NCBI GenBank assembly: GCA_964252035.1
Contig: OZ176201.1
DNA from: Podarcis erhardii
Lineage: Eukaryota
Reading direction: 5' to 3' (one strand)
DNA length: 64,000 bases
Under the pieces are notes generated by a model, which worked only from the letters and a program-made list of their open reading frames with translations, was not told the origin of the DNA and did no database searches. How positions within the stretch are numbered: position 1 is the first letter of the stretch; the number at the start of each line of letters is the position of its first letter. The position numbers and the translations under genes are program-made. Shown here one piece after another: positions 47,846-58,903 of the stretch.

Positions 47846-48310
47846 GTAGGCAACCTTATCTGCACAAGTCACCAGCTTCAAAAAACAAACTGCTGGCAAG
47901 ATTTATGTTTGGGTCGCCTGCGATGTTTGCTTTCTCCAAAGGTTGCTTATGGCTGTGTGCAAGTCATAGTTATGGGGCTCTGCTTGCAGAGATCTTCCTG
48001 CAGAGGAAGGTTTAGGCAGTCCACAGATGATGCCTTTTCAGAAATCACGGAGCATTGTAGAGCTGTCATTGGCCCTGATATGCACTTGCACTCTTGGTGC
48101 CTCTATCAGTTTGCGTCAAGTGGGTTTTTCAGATTTTTGTAATGCTTCATGCTCCCCCTTGTTAAGCCCAAAGAAGCCTGCAAGAGCATGACAAGTGCTG
48201 CTGCAATACAGGTGTGCTTTGGGATGAGCTATGTAGTGGCCAGAGCAAGTAAACCAAGGTTCTTTCCCCACCAATTTCTGGAACAATTTAAAATGCTTTG
48301 TGATTATGTG

Positions 48311-48313
<3 letters not shown>

Positions 48314-48345
<32 letters not shown>
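48314..48345. repeat. (AC)16 microsatellite in a CA/GT-rich low-complexity zone
   Basis: Read directly. Confidence 0.95.
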
Positions 48346-48347
<2 letters not shown>

Positions 48348-48971
48348 ACATCACACATAGAACGCACATCAGTGCAGATTTTGTGTGTGTGTGTGTGTGC
48401 GCATGTACATCATTTTACAATTTATTTTAAACAAGGAAAGAGAGAGAAGTGCAAACTATTCAGGTGTTGTAAAGAACTTACAAAGTTTAGCCAAAAGACT
48501 AAATGCAAGGTTACATAATCAATATCAGGTACAGGAACAACTAAGTTTCTGTGAAGATTTATATGTGTATATATACACACATACCTGAACATATATACAC
48601 ATATAGAATGTATATGTAGGAGTGTGCATTGTGAGCATGCACACAAAACTGTCACAGATGTGAATGAACTTTGAATATTGGCCGTGGGGAAACAAGTGCT
48701 GACCCATGAGAAATGTGGAAGGGTTTGATGCACAAGGGCTGTGAACCATTAGTATCAAAGGAAAGATGCTTCAAAATACTCGATAAGGAATGAACAGAAG
48801 CCGCTTCCTTGCCTCCTCCCAGCTCCAGTAGATTCTGCCCCTGAAAAGCATGAGTCTGGGCAGTAGTTTTACTAGCCAGGCATGTGTTGTGTGCAGATGT
48901 TGAGACTATTTTGTGCGTAACGTATCTCTGGTAGCCTTTGTCATTCTCTATCTCTCTCTTTTTGCTCTCAG

Positions 48972-49189
48972 GAAGAAAGTGTTGGATTTCTACCAGCGTG
49001 CCTGTCTTTCGGGCTATTGCTCCGCCTTCTCTTACAAGCCCATGCACTGCGCCTTGTCCTCCCAGCTCAATGGGAAGTGCATAGAGCTAGTGCAGGTCCC
49101 CGGGCAGAGTGCCATCTTCACGTCCTGTGATCTCCCTGGGACGACGCCCATCAAGCAGAGCAGCCGGAGGAACAGCTGGAGCTCTGATG
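48972..49189 (+). CDS. TMEM94: TMEM94 coding exon 17 (KKVLDFYQRACLSGYCSAF...NSWSSD)
   Basis: ctctcAG|G ... GATG|gtaggt; 218 nt, phase 2-1. Confidence 0.96.
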
Positions 49190-50702
49190 GTAGGTGCCTT
49201 GCCTCCGTTGCAGATCCTTCCATGCATGCATCTGGGGCGGTGCTCCACCAGCTTTGGTTTGTTGCTGGTTTATTTTATCTCAGGACACTCTTTAAGTGAC
49301 TCCAAGATGGACACCTGGGATACCACAAGGTTACGGAAAAATGACCTTAGGAGAGAAGTTTGAGGGCTGTATCCAACTCCGTGTGAGATGAGTTCCACTC
49401 TTGCAGTGGGATTTCCCCCTTCCTCTCCACTCCCCTGATCTGCTCTTGTGTGTCCCCCAACCCTCTGGAGCACATTTCAGGATGCAACAGGGGCTGCAGG
49501 GGAAGGGGAAGTTCCATTGCATAAGTAGACGTCTGCTGTGCATGTGGCACAGCAGCTCTGGACGTAACCCATAGGATTTAAAAACCCAGCTGTTGGGTGT
49601 AGATGCTTTGAATCAAACAATTCAAATGTGTTTTGCACAATGATGTGATGTGGAAAGTAAATCTGGTGAGACCCTTGCGCCGTCACAGTGCCTTCCATGT
49701 GGCGATCACCAAGAAAATGAAAAGAAAAATATCTTGTAAATGGAGAACCTCCGCTAAATAAATTACTTTTGAGCAAGCAAACAAAAAAGGGTGAATCTTA
49801 ATAGTGTTGACTATTATTAATCCAATCTTTTTGGAAATTTTCTTTTGGAGGTTAACTGTTTGAAAGATTACGTTTTCTATGTTTTCGCGGTGATCCTAGT
49901 ATGGATCCACGACTACATAAACACCTCATTGGCCTTGATCTCCACATCACATCAGGAATTCTCTGTTTCCTCATTGTTCAAGGTCTCAACCTTGTCCCCA
50001 TCTGACCTGCCAATTGCGGAAGAATCCTGCTTGTCTAAATTTTGACACATTATATTCGGATAGGCTGCCTTGTCATCAGAAAACAGGGCGCATTTGATCC
50101 AACTTCTTCAGATCGCCTTCTTTTCTTGCTGCTTATTAGTTTCAGCCAGGCAAGCTCCTCTGAGTATCCTTGAGCAGATCAGTAAGGATGATTTCAGATG
50201 CCCCACCTGTCCATTTGAGAGACCACAGGCCGAATCTTCCAGCCTTGACTTGCTTATTCTCACTTAATATTGGTGCTTGTTGAGAAGAGGTGATAGTTAG
50301 CCTTCCCAATCCTACCTCTACCTTTCACCAAATGGCATAAAAATGGGAATTAAGAACATGATGACATTCCTGTGTGCGTTCTGTTACTAGCTTTTAATGC
50401 TGTGCTATAGGTAAGAAACCTCCTCTGTTCCTCAACTTGCCTCTTGTTTCCCATCATTTATTGTCCTCTTGCATGGACAATAATTATTTGAGGGATGGGT
50501 GGGGTGGGGTACACTAACATACCTGATTTAGAAATAAATAAAAATGTTAGGCAACATGTGAATCTGTTCTTAGTCAACCCTACATTTGCAATGGAGGCTG
50601 ACCTGCCCTGTTTCACAGGGAGCTGCATAGCTTTTAATAGATGGGAAGTATCAGCACAAAGACTAAAGGTTGACTCTGGGGAGAGAATCTTAAGTCTGAC
50701 AT

Positions 50703-50859
50703 AGGTAAAGATAAAGGGACCCCTGACCATTAGGTCCAGTCGCAGACGACTCTGGAGTTGCGGCGCTCATCTCACTTTACTAGCTAACAGGACCAGTGGT
50801 CAGGGATGATGGGAATTGTAGTCCCAAACATCTGGAGGGCCGGAGTTTGCCTATGCCTG
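50703..50859. mobile_element. Chimera: Sauria SINE 3' fragment (minus, 50703-50779) fused to half a Charlie MITE (50780-50859)
   Basis: Direct comparison with the 20093 SINE and the 18369 MITE in this window. Confidence 0.85.
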
Positions 50860-51088
50860 TTCTACAACATAACTATATTAAGTAGAACACACCCTTTGTA
50901 TAGCTTTTACCGCTACTGTTTAGAAGTGATGGGCAACTTTTTGTTTTCTCTCCCCCTGCGTTCTTGGTGTGTCTTTCTCTTTTATGGGTATGTCTCTGTT
51001 CTCCTGGGCCTACTCCTCCTCTGGGTCTCTATATATTTGGCATCTCGGCCTGCCTCCACACACTTGCCTTTTCTTCACATGCCCAAAG

Positions 51089-51270
51089 AAGGGATTGGGG
51101 AAGCGATGGAGAAGGAGGACTGCATCCAGGCTCTGAGCGGCCAGATCTTCATGGGAATGGTCTCGTCCCAGTATCAGGCCCGATCAGATGTCGTCCGCCT
51201 CATTGAGGGACTTGTCAATGCCTGCATTCGTTTTGTCTACTTCTCCCTGGAAGATGAGCTCAAGAGCAAG
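51089..51270 (+). CDS. TMEM94: TMEM94 coding exon 18 (GIGEAMEKEDCIQALSGQIFMGMVSSQYQAR...EDELKSK)
   Basis: cccaaAG|AA ... AAG|gtaggc; 182 nt, phase 1-0. Confidence 0.95.
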
Positions 51271-51452
51271 GTAGGCTTTCCCTTGGCTTACTCTGCCACT
51301 TCTCAGTGTTCCTGCAGCGGCCATGTCAAAGGCACAGCCACCCCACTCATCCTAGAGCTGGTTCAGATTGCAAGATTATTCCTGGGTTTATATATATATC
51401 CATGTTTCTCCCACTTTGGCTATGCTGCAACCATAGTGCCTTTCCTCCACAG

Positions 51453-51591
51453 GTGTTTGCTGAGAAGATGGGTCTGGAGACCGGCTGGAATTGCCACATA
51501 TCCCTGACACCCAATGGAGATGTGCCTGGTTCCGAAATCCCTCCTTCCAGCCCCAGCCATGCAGGCTCCTTGCGTGATGATCTACAGCAGG
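51453..51591 (+). CDS. TMEM94: TMEM94 coding exon 19 (VFAEKMGLETGWNCHISLTP...DDLQQ)
   Basis: tccacAG|GTG ... CAGG|gtgagc; 139 nt, phase 0-1. Confidence 0.96.
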
Positions 51592-52338
51592 GTGAGCAAA
51601 TGGCCCTAAAGGGAATGGTGGCTGCAGTGCAAGTGTCTGTTCAAAGCAAATCCATCTGACGATTGAACCAAACCCATGAGATTTACAGTCAGCAAGGCAG
51701 GCACTATTACTAAAGCCAGGCCAAACTTTAGAATAGCTGTTCTATGGGACAGTCCCACTTTGTTAATTTCTCAAAGCCTTAAAGCCAGGGGACCAAGGCT
51801 TTACAAATGATGTCATATACAGTACAAGCATTCAACTGGTGAAATTCTCCCCATCTGGATGGGGAAAGCTTTGCCTGTTGAATTCCGTGTTGTTCTCAAA
51901 GGCAGAGGTACCTTTCTTGGAAAGATTAAGACAAGCCTAGTTATATGCAGAAGCTGTGCCCCTTCTGTCCAATTTGATACCTGAGGTTTTTGCTGCAGCC
52001 CATCACATCTGTTTAGTTTTTTGTCACCGCTGGGATATGGTTGTCCTGATTTTCAGCCTTTCCACGTAGTACATTCTTTTTGCGGTCTTTTCCGGCACAG
52101 GAGGAAGGAGGCAGGCGCTTTAAAACTCAGCAAAGTTCTGAACTGATACTGCCAGCTCTGGTTAGATGAGTCATTTTCAAAACACCTCTTATTTTAGGAG
52201 AACCCAGAAAATCCAAGCTTGCTTTTCCAGGCTGTCACAAAGCCACATGAGGGGCGGGGGGGGGTGTGTGCCTTGTGTCGGCGTTTTGGTGTGAGCCTTC
52301 CAAGCCGTAACACTGCTTTCTTTCTCTGTCCTTGCCAG

Positions 52339-52454
52339 TTTCCCGAGAAGATGCAGAGGGGCTTCTGCTGATGGAGGAGGAAGGACACTCCGACCTCATT
52401 AGCTTTCAGCCAACCGACAGTGACATCCCCAGCTTCCTGGAGGATTGCAATAGG
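52339..52454 (+). CDS. TMEM94: TMEM94 coding exon 20 (SREDAEGLLLMEEEGHSDLISFQPTDSDIPSFLEDCNR)
   Basis: ttgccAG|TT ... AGG|gtgaga; 116 nt, phase 1-0. Confidence 0.96.
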
Positions 52455-54459
52455 GTGAGACTGACAGCAGGACACCTTACTTAGGAACCCAAAGCATTTG
52501 ACTGTATCTCCCAGCAATGAACTTGATGGCCGTTGTTGCTTCTCTAAACCTCTTGAGAGGCCGTTTACAGCTTAATCATATCCATGTCTACTCAGAAGTC
52601 TGTTCCATTTAGGTCACTTACTTTCAGATGAGTGTGTATAGGATTGCACCCTAACAGTCCGCTTCCTTAAATAATCCTTAACTGATTAAGCCTATATAAC
52701 AGGAGGCAGCAACTTTTTTTTGTTTAAGGATGCAGAGGTAGCTGCTGTGGTGAGGGCATCCTTGCAGTTTACCAGGAGAGGGCTGGGGAGGAGGGCAAAG
52801 GTGAGGTTGGCGTTAGGGTGGATGCATTAGTGGGAGCACTGCCAGTGCCTCCACACAATCTCACCTTTCCTCCTGCCCTAGCCCTGTCTCAGGTAAGCTG
52901 AGGTGCTGCTGGTTTTGAAAGGGTGGCTTTGTGGCTCTGCCCTGCAGCACTGCCCACTCCTGAAAGAATGCAAGCAGGATGAGTTAAGCTAGTGAATTTA
53001 TAGGGGTACACTACTAAACTTGAGCAAGCGAGCTGGGGTCACACACTGTGGGGAGTGTTTCAAAATTGACATGGTCTGTGATGTGCTGGCACATGTTATT
53101 CTTTAGCAGATCACAAAACAATGGGGGGGGATACAACACTGGGGGAAATACCACAACATTGAAAACAATGCTTGCTTTCAAAGTATTTCAACCCCCCCCC
53201 CCCAAATTGCTGCCATCTTCCTTAAAGCGAAATGAAAGATAATGCAACTTAAACTTTGTAGGAGAAAAGTTATTGATTAGGAGATAAAATGGGCTTTTGG
53301 ATCCATTGCTGATGCTTCAGAAGAAGGGAAAATGATAGTTTAAGTACCATGAACTGACATGCCAGAAGAATAGAAGTGGGGTGGATTATTGGAGAGAGAA
53401 GTAATACTATCATCTGTGAAGGCCAGGATGCTACTTTGAAGTGTCTAGTTTCTTTACTTCAAACTGATCTCTTTCATTCATCTTAGGAATGCTCATGGAA
53501 AGGGTTACATTTAATATGCTTCAATTCTCAGTGGGATTTGAACCTCTCATCCACCTAGTTTGCAAATCTCTCTTTCTCTCTTAATGGTGGTGTGTCATCC
53601 TAAACTAGAGGCCTTCAATAAGTATTTAGTGTTGAGTGACCCACAATAACTTTTTTCTGCCCAATCATTTATACATTTACCCATAAATTATTGGCTGCCT
53701 TCATTTCCCCTCATAAATCATGTTTAGGGCTGCAGACTTTGCACTCTGAAGATTACTTTCTATAAGGGAGGCTAGTCTATGTAATTTACACAAGGAAAAA
53801 CCTTTCTCTTTCTGATCTGTGTGAGCAGAGAAGTTCTTAATCTGTTGTAATTTGTATTATACACTGTAATATTTGGTGGTAACTAACAGATTTTTAAAAG
53901 AAGAATTGTGCTCTTAATCTGGTTTTGCTCTCCCGCTGTCTGCACATTCACTATTGAAATTTCACTTACCTACCCAAGCCTTGCTATACGCTTCACAGAT
54001 TTGCTTATCCAAAGAGCTGGCTTCCTTCCTTTTTTGTGCTTTGCTGGTTGGTGGCCGCCATTTTGTCTCTCTTTTGCTGATTGGCTGCAGCCATTTCAGG
54101 GGGAAACCACGGAGAAATGGGTGATTTCCTAGGAATGCGTTGTGTTCGTAAGGTGAGACTTGTGTGTAGTTATGCTACTGGCTGTGTAACATCTGGGAAG
54201 GGCAGAGTGTAGCTTGTTTGGGCAGATTAAGAGCAAGTCAGTGGTTGATGGCAATGAAAATCTTTCTGGCAAATGTCAGTTTGCACTTCCTCCTAACATA
54301 GCCCAATTTATCCGGCAATGAACAGGGGTTAGAGCAATCTCATTGCTCTGCCTTATCACTCCAGCTGCGGGGAATCTGATTCATCCTGAGCTTGTTGTTA
54401 GCCTTCACCCTCGTCAACCGTCTCCTTGGCTTGTTTAATTGCCGCTTCTTTCACTCCAG

Positions 54460-54559
54460 GCCAAACTGCCACGTGGAATCCACCAGGTGAGGCCCCACCT
54501 GCAGAATATTGACAACGTGCCTTTGCTTGTTCCTCTGTTTACAGATTGTACCCCAGAAA
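54460..54559 (+). CDS. TMEM94: TMEM94 coding exon 21 (AKLPRGIHQVRPHLQNIDNVPLLVPLFTDCTPE)
   Basis: actccAG|GCC ... GAAA|gtaagt; 100 nt, phase 0-1. Confidence 0.96.
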
Positions 54560-54666
54560 GTAAGTGGAGCTCAGGCTAGTGGATTCTTTATCGCTGAGAT
54601 GGGGAGATCTGGGTGAAAACTAAGAGGGTGTCAACACACTTAACTCCTTTCCTGGTTCTCTTGCAG

Positions 54667-54775
54667 CCATGTGTGAGATGATTAAGATCATGCAGGAATA
54701 CGGGGAGGTCACTTGCTGCCTCGGCAGCTCTGCCAACTTGCGCAACAATTGCCTTTTCCTTCAGAGCGACATCAG
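54667..54775 (+). CDS. TMEM94: TMEM94 coding exon 22 (MCEMIKIMQEYGEVTCCLGSSANLRNNCLFLQSDI)
   Basis: cttgcAG|CC ... ATCAG|gtaaga; 109 nt, phase 1-2; follows a 107-nt intron. Confidence 0.96.
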
Positions 54776-54782
54776 GTAAGAT

Positions 54783-55034
54783 CAGGGGTCAGCAGACTTT
54801 TACAGCAGGGGACCGGTCCATTGTCCCTCAGACCTTGTGGGGGGCCGGACTATATATTGAAAAAATAATAATGAATGAATACCTATGCCCCACAAAAAAC
54901 CCAGAGATGCATTTTAAATAAAAGCACACATTCTACTCATGTAGAAGCATGCTGATTCCCAGACCATCCGTGGGCCGGATTTAGAAGGTGATTGGGCCGG
55001 ATCCAGCCCCCGGGCCTTAGTTTGCCTACCCATG
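54783..55034. mobile_element. 252-bp hAT-Charlie MITE inserted 7 nt into the intron after exon 22
   Basis: Ends CAGGGGTCAGCAGACT / AGTTTGCCTACCCATG; TSD GGTAAGAT (54775-54782) / GGTCAGAT (55035-55042). Confidence 0.88.
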
Positions 55035-56994
55035 GGTCAGATGCACCCAGACTCTGGGTTTCTGGCTTTGAGAAGCTCAGTCTGTCCTCATTCATACCAC
55101 TCCTTCATCCTGATTCCATTTCTGTGTTGACTTTCTTTGTTTTCTTCTGTTGCATCCCCATACAGAGTCCCAGGGAGACCTGAAAATCACTCCTCTTTTT
55201 CTTTCCTTGGGTAGAAAACTACCGCTATCTGATACCTCCCAGCAATACCTTTAGCAGACCAGTGTGGAGGAAATACCTTTTATGCCACATCAGGGCTTTT
55301 GACAAAACTGCTTAGAACAAATCCCACACTGAGCCCGGTGTTGTCTGAAATAGTTGCATAAGGAACATCTGTTCCAACGGCAACCTTTGCCACAGAGTTG
55401 CTGGGAAAGGATGTTCTGCCTACTACCATTTTGCAAAACACATGGCTCAGTGTTGGACTTGGTGCCATCGTTCGAATCTCTGATGTGGCATATGAGAACC
55501 TTCCTCCGTACTGGTGGCTCTTGGTCTCCTAAAAAGGAATGGGGATTACAATCCCACTCTCCTTGACTACTGGCCCCGCTGTCTGGAGTTGGGACCACAA
55601 CTATCTGGAAGGCCAGTTTCCTCACCCCATCCTCAAATGTATAAAATCTTCTGCTCTTCTGGCAAAGCAGGAATGGGAGAGAAGCAGAGAGGAAAGCAGG
55701 TCAGAGCAGGTGCTGCAATCAATTTAGATAAAGGCAAAAGAGACCATTTTGAGCCCTCAAGCTGTTATTGCTTTATTCATCCATCAAGCTCGTTCTGTTA
55801 AAAGCACCCTTCTGAAAATCAAAGGGTTTTAAATGAATGATGCAGAGTTTGTTTGAAGAAGTAGAGATGCATAATTTTGTGGGAATTATTTTGGTGGCAG
55901 GGAGGCTGGATGCTTGGCCCAGGCTCACCCTCCACTCCCAAAATCAAAGAAGGCTTATCATTCAGAGATGCTCTTGCCGCTCCTTTGGCTCTCACTGTTC
56001 CATCTTGCTCTTCCTCCTGTACTTGGTGAAGTGCAAAGTTTCACACGCTGGGCCAAGTATCCTCAAAGTTGCTTTTTAAACAAGAGAGTTTTATAAAAGC
56101 AGGTTTCATTTACCATGGCTTTTATGCTGATCTATTTTTTTCTTGGTTTTAACTGATTTTATTTGATTATGTGATGTGTGCTATATATTATCTGTAAGCT
56201 GCCTCAAATTAATTTTGGAAAGGTGGGGTATACATTTACCAGATAAAGTAATAAAAGGATCAGGCTACAACGCTCCTTACTGCCGACTGAGTGGACCCCT
56301 ATTTTCCTAGCGGTTCTTTTGTTATGATCTATGATCAGAGTTCTTTATTCAGTCCAATCTGTTCTGATTTCCTGTCTCGGGACATTTCCCTGGAGAGCTG
56401 GTGCCCTTGCTGTGGATGGTCCAAAAGTAATCTGTAGCCTACTAGTTCACTTTCCCCCCCCTTGATTTACAGAAGTATGTGTAATGTCTCTCTCTTGTAT
56501 TTTTTCCATGTAACATTTTTACAAATCAGTTTCATTTGTTGAGACATTAGGAAGAAAAGGGAGAGAGGGGGGGAAGATAGGTGGGGCCACGATGTTTCTA
56601 TTTTGCTTAAAGTATGTAGGGTTTGGTGTCAGCGTTGCTTGTGCAGGTTCTCTGCTGTTCACTTGTGTTCCTTTGGTGGTGAGAGAGGTTGGGGTTGGCC
56701 TTAGGCTTGGGTGTGGTTGTTTGTTTGTGATTGGCTGTGGTGATCTTTTTTTTCATGTGTGAGTGGGGTGGGTGGGTGTTTTGGATCAGGTTAGCCATAT
56801 TGATTTGTATGCTGTTGGTGGATTATTGTCATTGTCTTGTTGGGCCACTAGTTCACTTTTTAAAAAGCATCAATATTGTTGAACACCTCCGTATTTTAGA
56901 TCAGTTTTGTAACCCCGAGGTGTTTGGCTGGGGGCACCTGGCTTATTACTCCCCATTATGTTTTCCTCTAACCTGTGTAGTATTGTCTGTGCAG

Positions 56995-57184
56995 CATAGC
57001 CCTGGATCCTCTTTACCCCTCTCGCTGCTCTTGGGAGACCTTTGGGTACGCCACCAGCACTAACATGACCCGTATCTCCGATGAGCTCACGCCTCTCCAG
57101 CTGTCTGGCCAGCTGAACAGCCTATCGTGCTCCCTGACTATTTATCCGGAAGAAACCATTGGGCTCATCAGACTTATAGAACAG
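56995..57184 (+). CDS. TMEM94: TMEM94 coding exon 23 (IALDPLYPSRCSWETFGYA...IRLIEQ)
   Basis: tgtgcAG|C ... CAG|gtaagc; 190 nt, phase 2-0. Confidence 0.96.
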
Positions 57185-57252
57185 GTAAGCCCCCTTTCTT
57201 TTGAGCTGGTAGTAACACAGTTGTGACAATCTCCATCATTTAAATATGATGG

Positions 57253-58007
57253 TGTCAGGGGCTCAGGAGCAGAGGCACAGGAGAGGGAGGAAATGGAGAG
57301 CGAGGGGGAGGAATCCGAGGGGAGCGTAGGCGGTGACAGTGGTCACAGTGATTCCATGAGCCTCTCCAGCGAATTGGAAGATTCACAGAAGGGAGCGCCG
57401 ATGGCCAGGGCAAGGGGGGTGCCAAGGGGGAAACACCAGTGGGGCCAGCGGGGACTCCCAGAGCAGCAGTTGGAAATCAGGACCAGCTTCCCCACCAGAG
57501 CGCAGTGGGGGGGAGGAGTCCCAGGCATCGGGACCAGTGTTCTCACCACCAGCGAGAGGAGATGAGTCAGGATTGACCACGCCTCCATCGGAGAGCGGGG
57601 AAACGGTCAAGAGGAAAGTTACCGGCTGGGCGCGCGCGCCAAGTTCAAATGTACAGGCGAGCGGCACAGCAGGTAGCCCGGATAGGGAGCCAGGTCCTAA
57701 AGCCCGCCGGAAGGAGGGGCAAGACTCAGGGGGGTCAGCGTCAGAAGAGTCCAGAAAGGAGGAAACCCCAGGGGGCAGAAGGACCCAGAGGAGGAAAGAA
57801 CAACGGAAGAGGTGGAGTAAGGCTAGAGTCTTAAACTGGTGTCTAGGAGGCGGAGACTCAGATGGAGCTTCGCCGGTCTAGGTTCTAAGACGTGGAGTTG
57901 CACGCTGCGGTTTGGAAATGGAAACTAATCTTCAATAAAGACTTTTATAAGTTATTACTGACTAGCGTTGGTCCTCTGTGAGCTGGGACCTAGAGGCAAC
58001 TCTGACA
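57253..58007 (+). mobile_element. Solo LTR (Gypsy/ERV-like), 755 bp
   Basis: TGTCAG ... CTGACA inverted termini, AATAAA at 57934-57939, 5-bp TSD GATGG / GTTGG, many intact CpGs. Confidence 0.85.
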
Positions 58008-58168
58008 GTTGGTAACATTTTAGCATCTGTTTGGGCTTCCAGACTTAATGAAATAACTGTTCCATCCTTATTTTTCTTCTTGATGCAGAGAAGCTATTTG
58101 GCAGGACAGAACGTTCCAGCCTGTTTTCTTTCCTTTTAAAAGAAAACCTAATTGAAGCTTTCAGTTTT

Positions 58169-58708
58169 TTGTTTTTTGTTTTATAAATAATTTTTATTAA
58201 ATTTTCCACAGCTTTTTATCATAACAAAACATGGCAATAGAAAACATGCAACATGTATAATTTCAAACTCTTAATTTCATATTCCTTACTCTCCCGACTT
58301 CCTCGTACCTCCCCTTTCTGCATTTTCATGTCGAATTAATTAATTAACAAATCCCTCCGTTACTTTCAACTTAATTATAGTAACACTCATTTTCTTTAAC
58401 TTAACCATTATCACTGTTAACCCCTATTTTTCTCATTCAACATCAATCTAGCATTCACTAATGTTTGAGTATTTCTTTAAATAGTCTTTAAATTTTGTCC
58501 AATCTTCTTCCGCCGTTGCTCTTCCCTGGTCTCGGATTCTGCTCGTCATCTCTGCCAATCCCATATAGTCAATCACTTTCGTCTGCCACTCTTCCACGGT
58601 GGGTAGGTCTTGTGTCTTCCAGTACTTTGCGATGAGTATTCTTGCTGCTGTTGTAGCATACATAAAAAAAGTTCTATCCTTCTTTAACACCAATTGGCCG
58701 ACTATGTC
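58169..58708 (-). mobile_element. Young 5'-truncated L1 LINE (ORF2 C-terminus, 3' UTR, A-rich tail)
   Basis: ORF 58448-58693 reads ARILIAKYWK...PTVEEW...W..F..YL; perfect 16-bp TSD TGAAGCTTTCAGTTTT at 58153-58168 and 58709-58724, consistent with TTTT/A cleavage. Confidence 0.93.
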
Positions 58709-58825
58709 TGAAGCTTTCAGTTTTGATCCATATTTTTAAAAGTGGATCTGTTTGCTGCACTCATCCTTGACAATCTATTTACTCATACCTTGCATACTAT
58801 CCATTTTATATATGCTTTCTTTTAG

Positions 58826-58903
58826 GCCCGGCATGCAACGTACGGTATTCGCAAATGCTTCCTTTTCCTCCTCCAGTGTCAGCTGACTCTGGTCATAATC
58901 CAG
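58826..58903 (+). CDS. TMEM94: TMEM94 coding exon 24 (ARHATYGIRKCFLFLLQCQLTLVIIQ)
   Basis: cttttAG|GCC ... CAG|gtgagt; 78 nt, phase 0-0. Confidence 0.96.

Noticed and set aside
50806-51507. 233-aa ORF as a single CDS
   Set aside because: Only 51089-51270 is exon; the flanks are intron that happens to be open in frame.
56600-56870. GT-rich tract as a G-quadruplex or LINE UTR
   Set aside because: G-runs are irregular and I could not assign a family.
58841-58847. TACGGTA as an excision footprint
   Set aside because: Lies in the conserved codons TAC GGT ATT (YGI) of exon 24.
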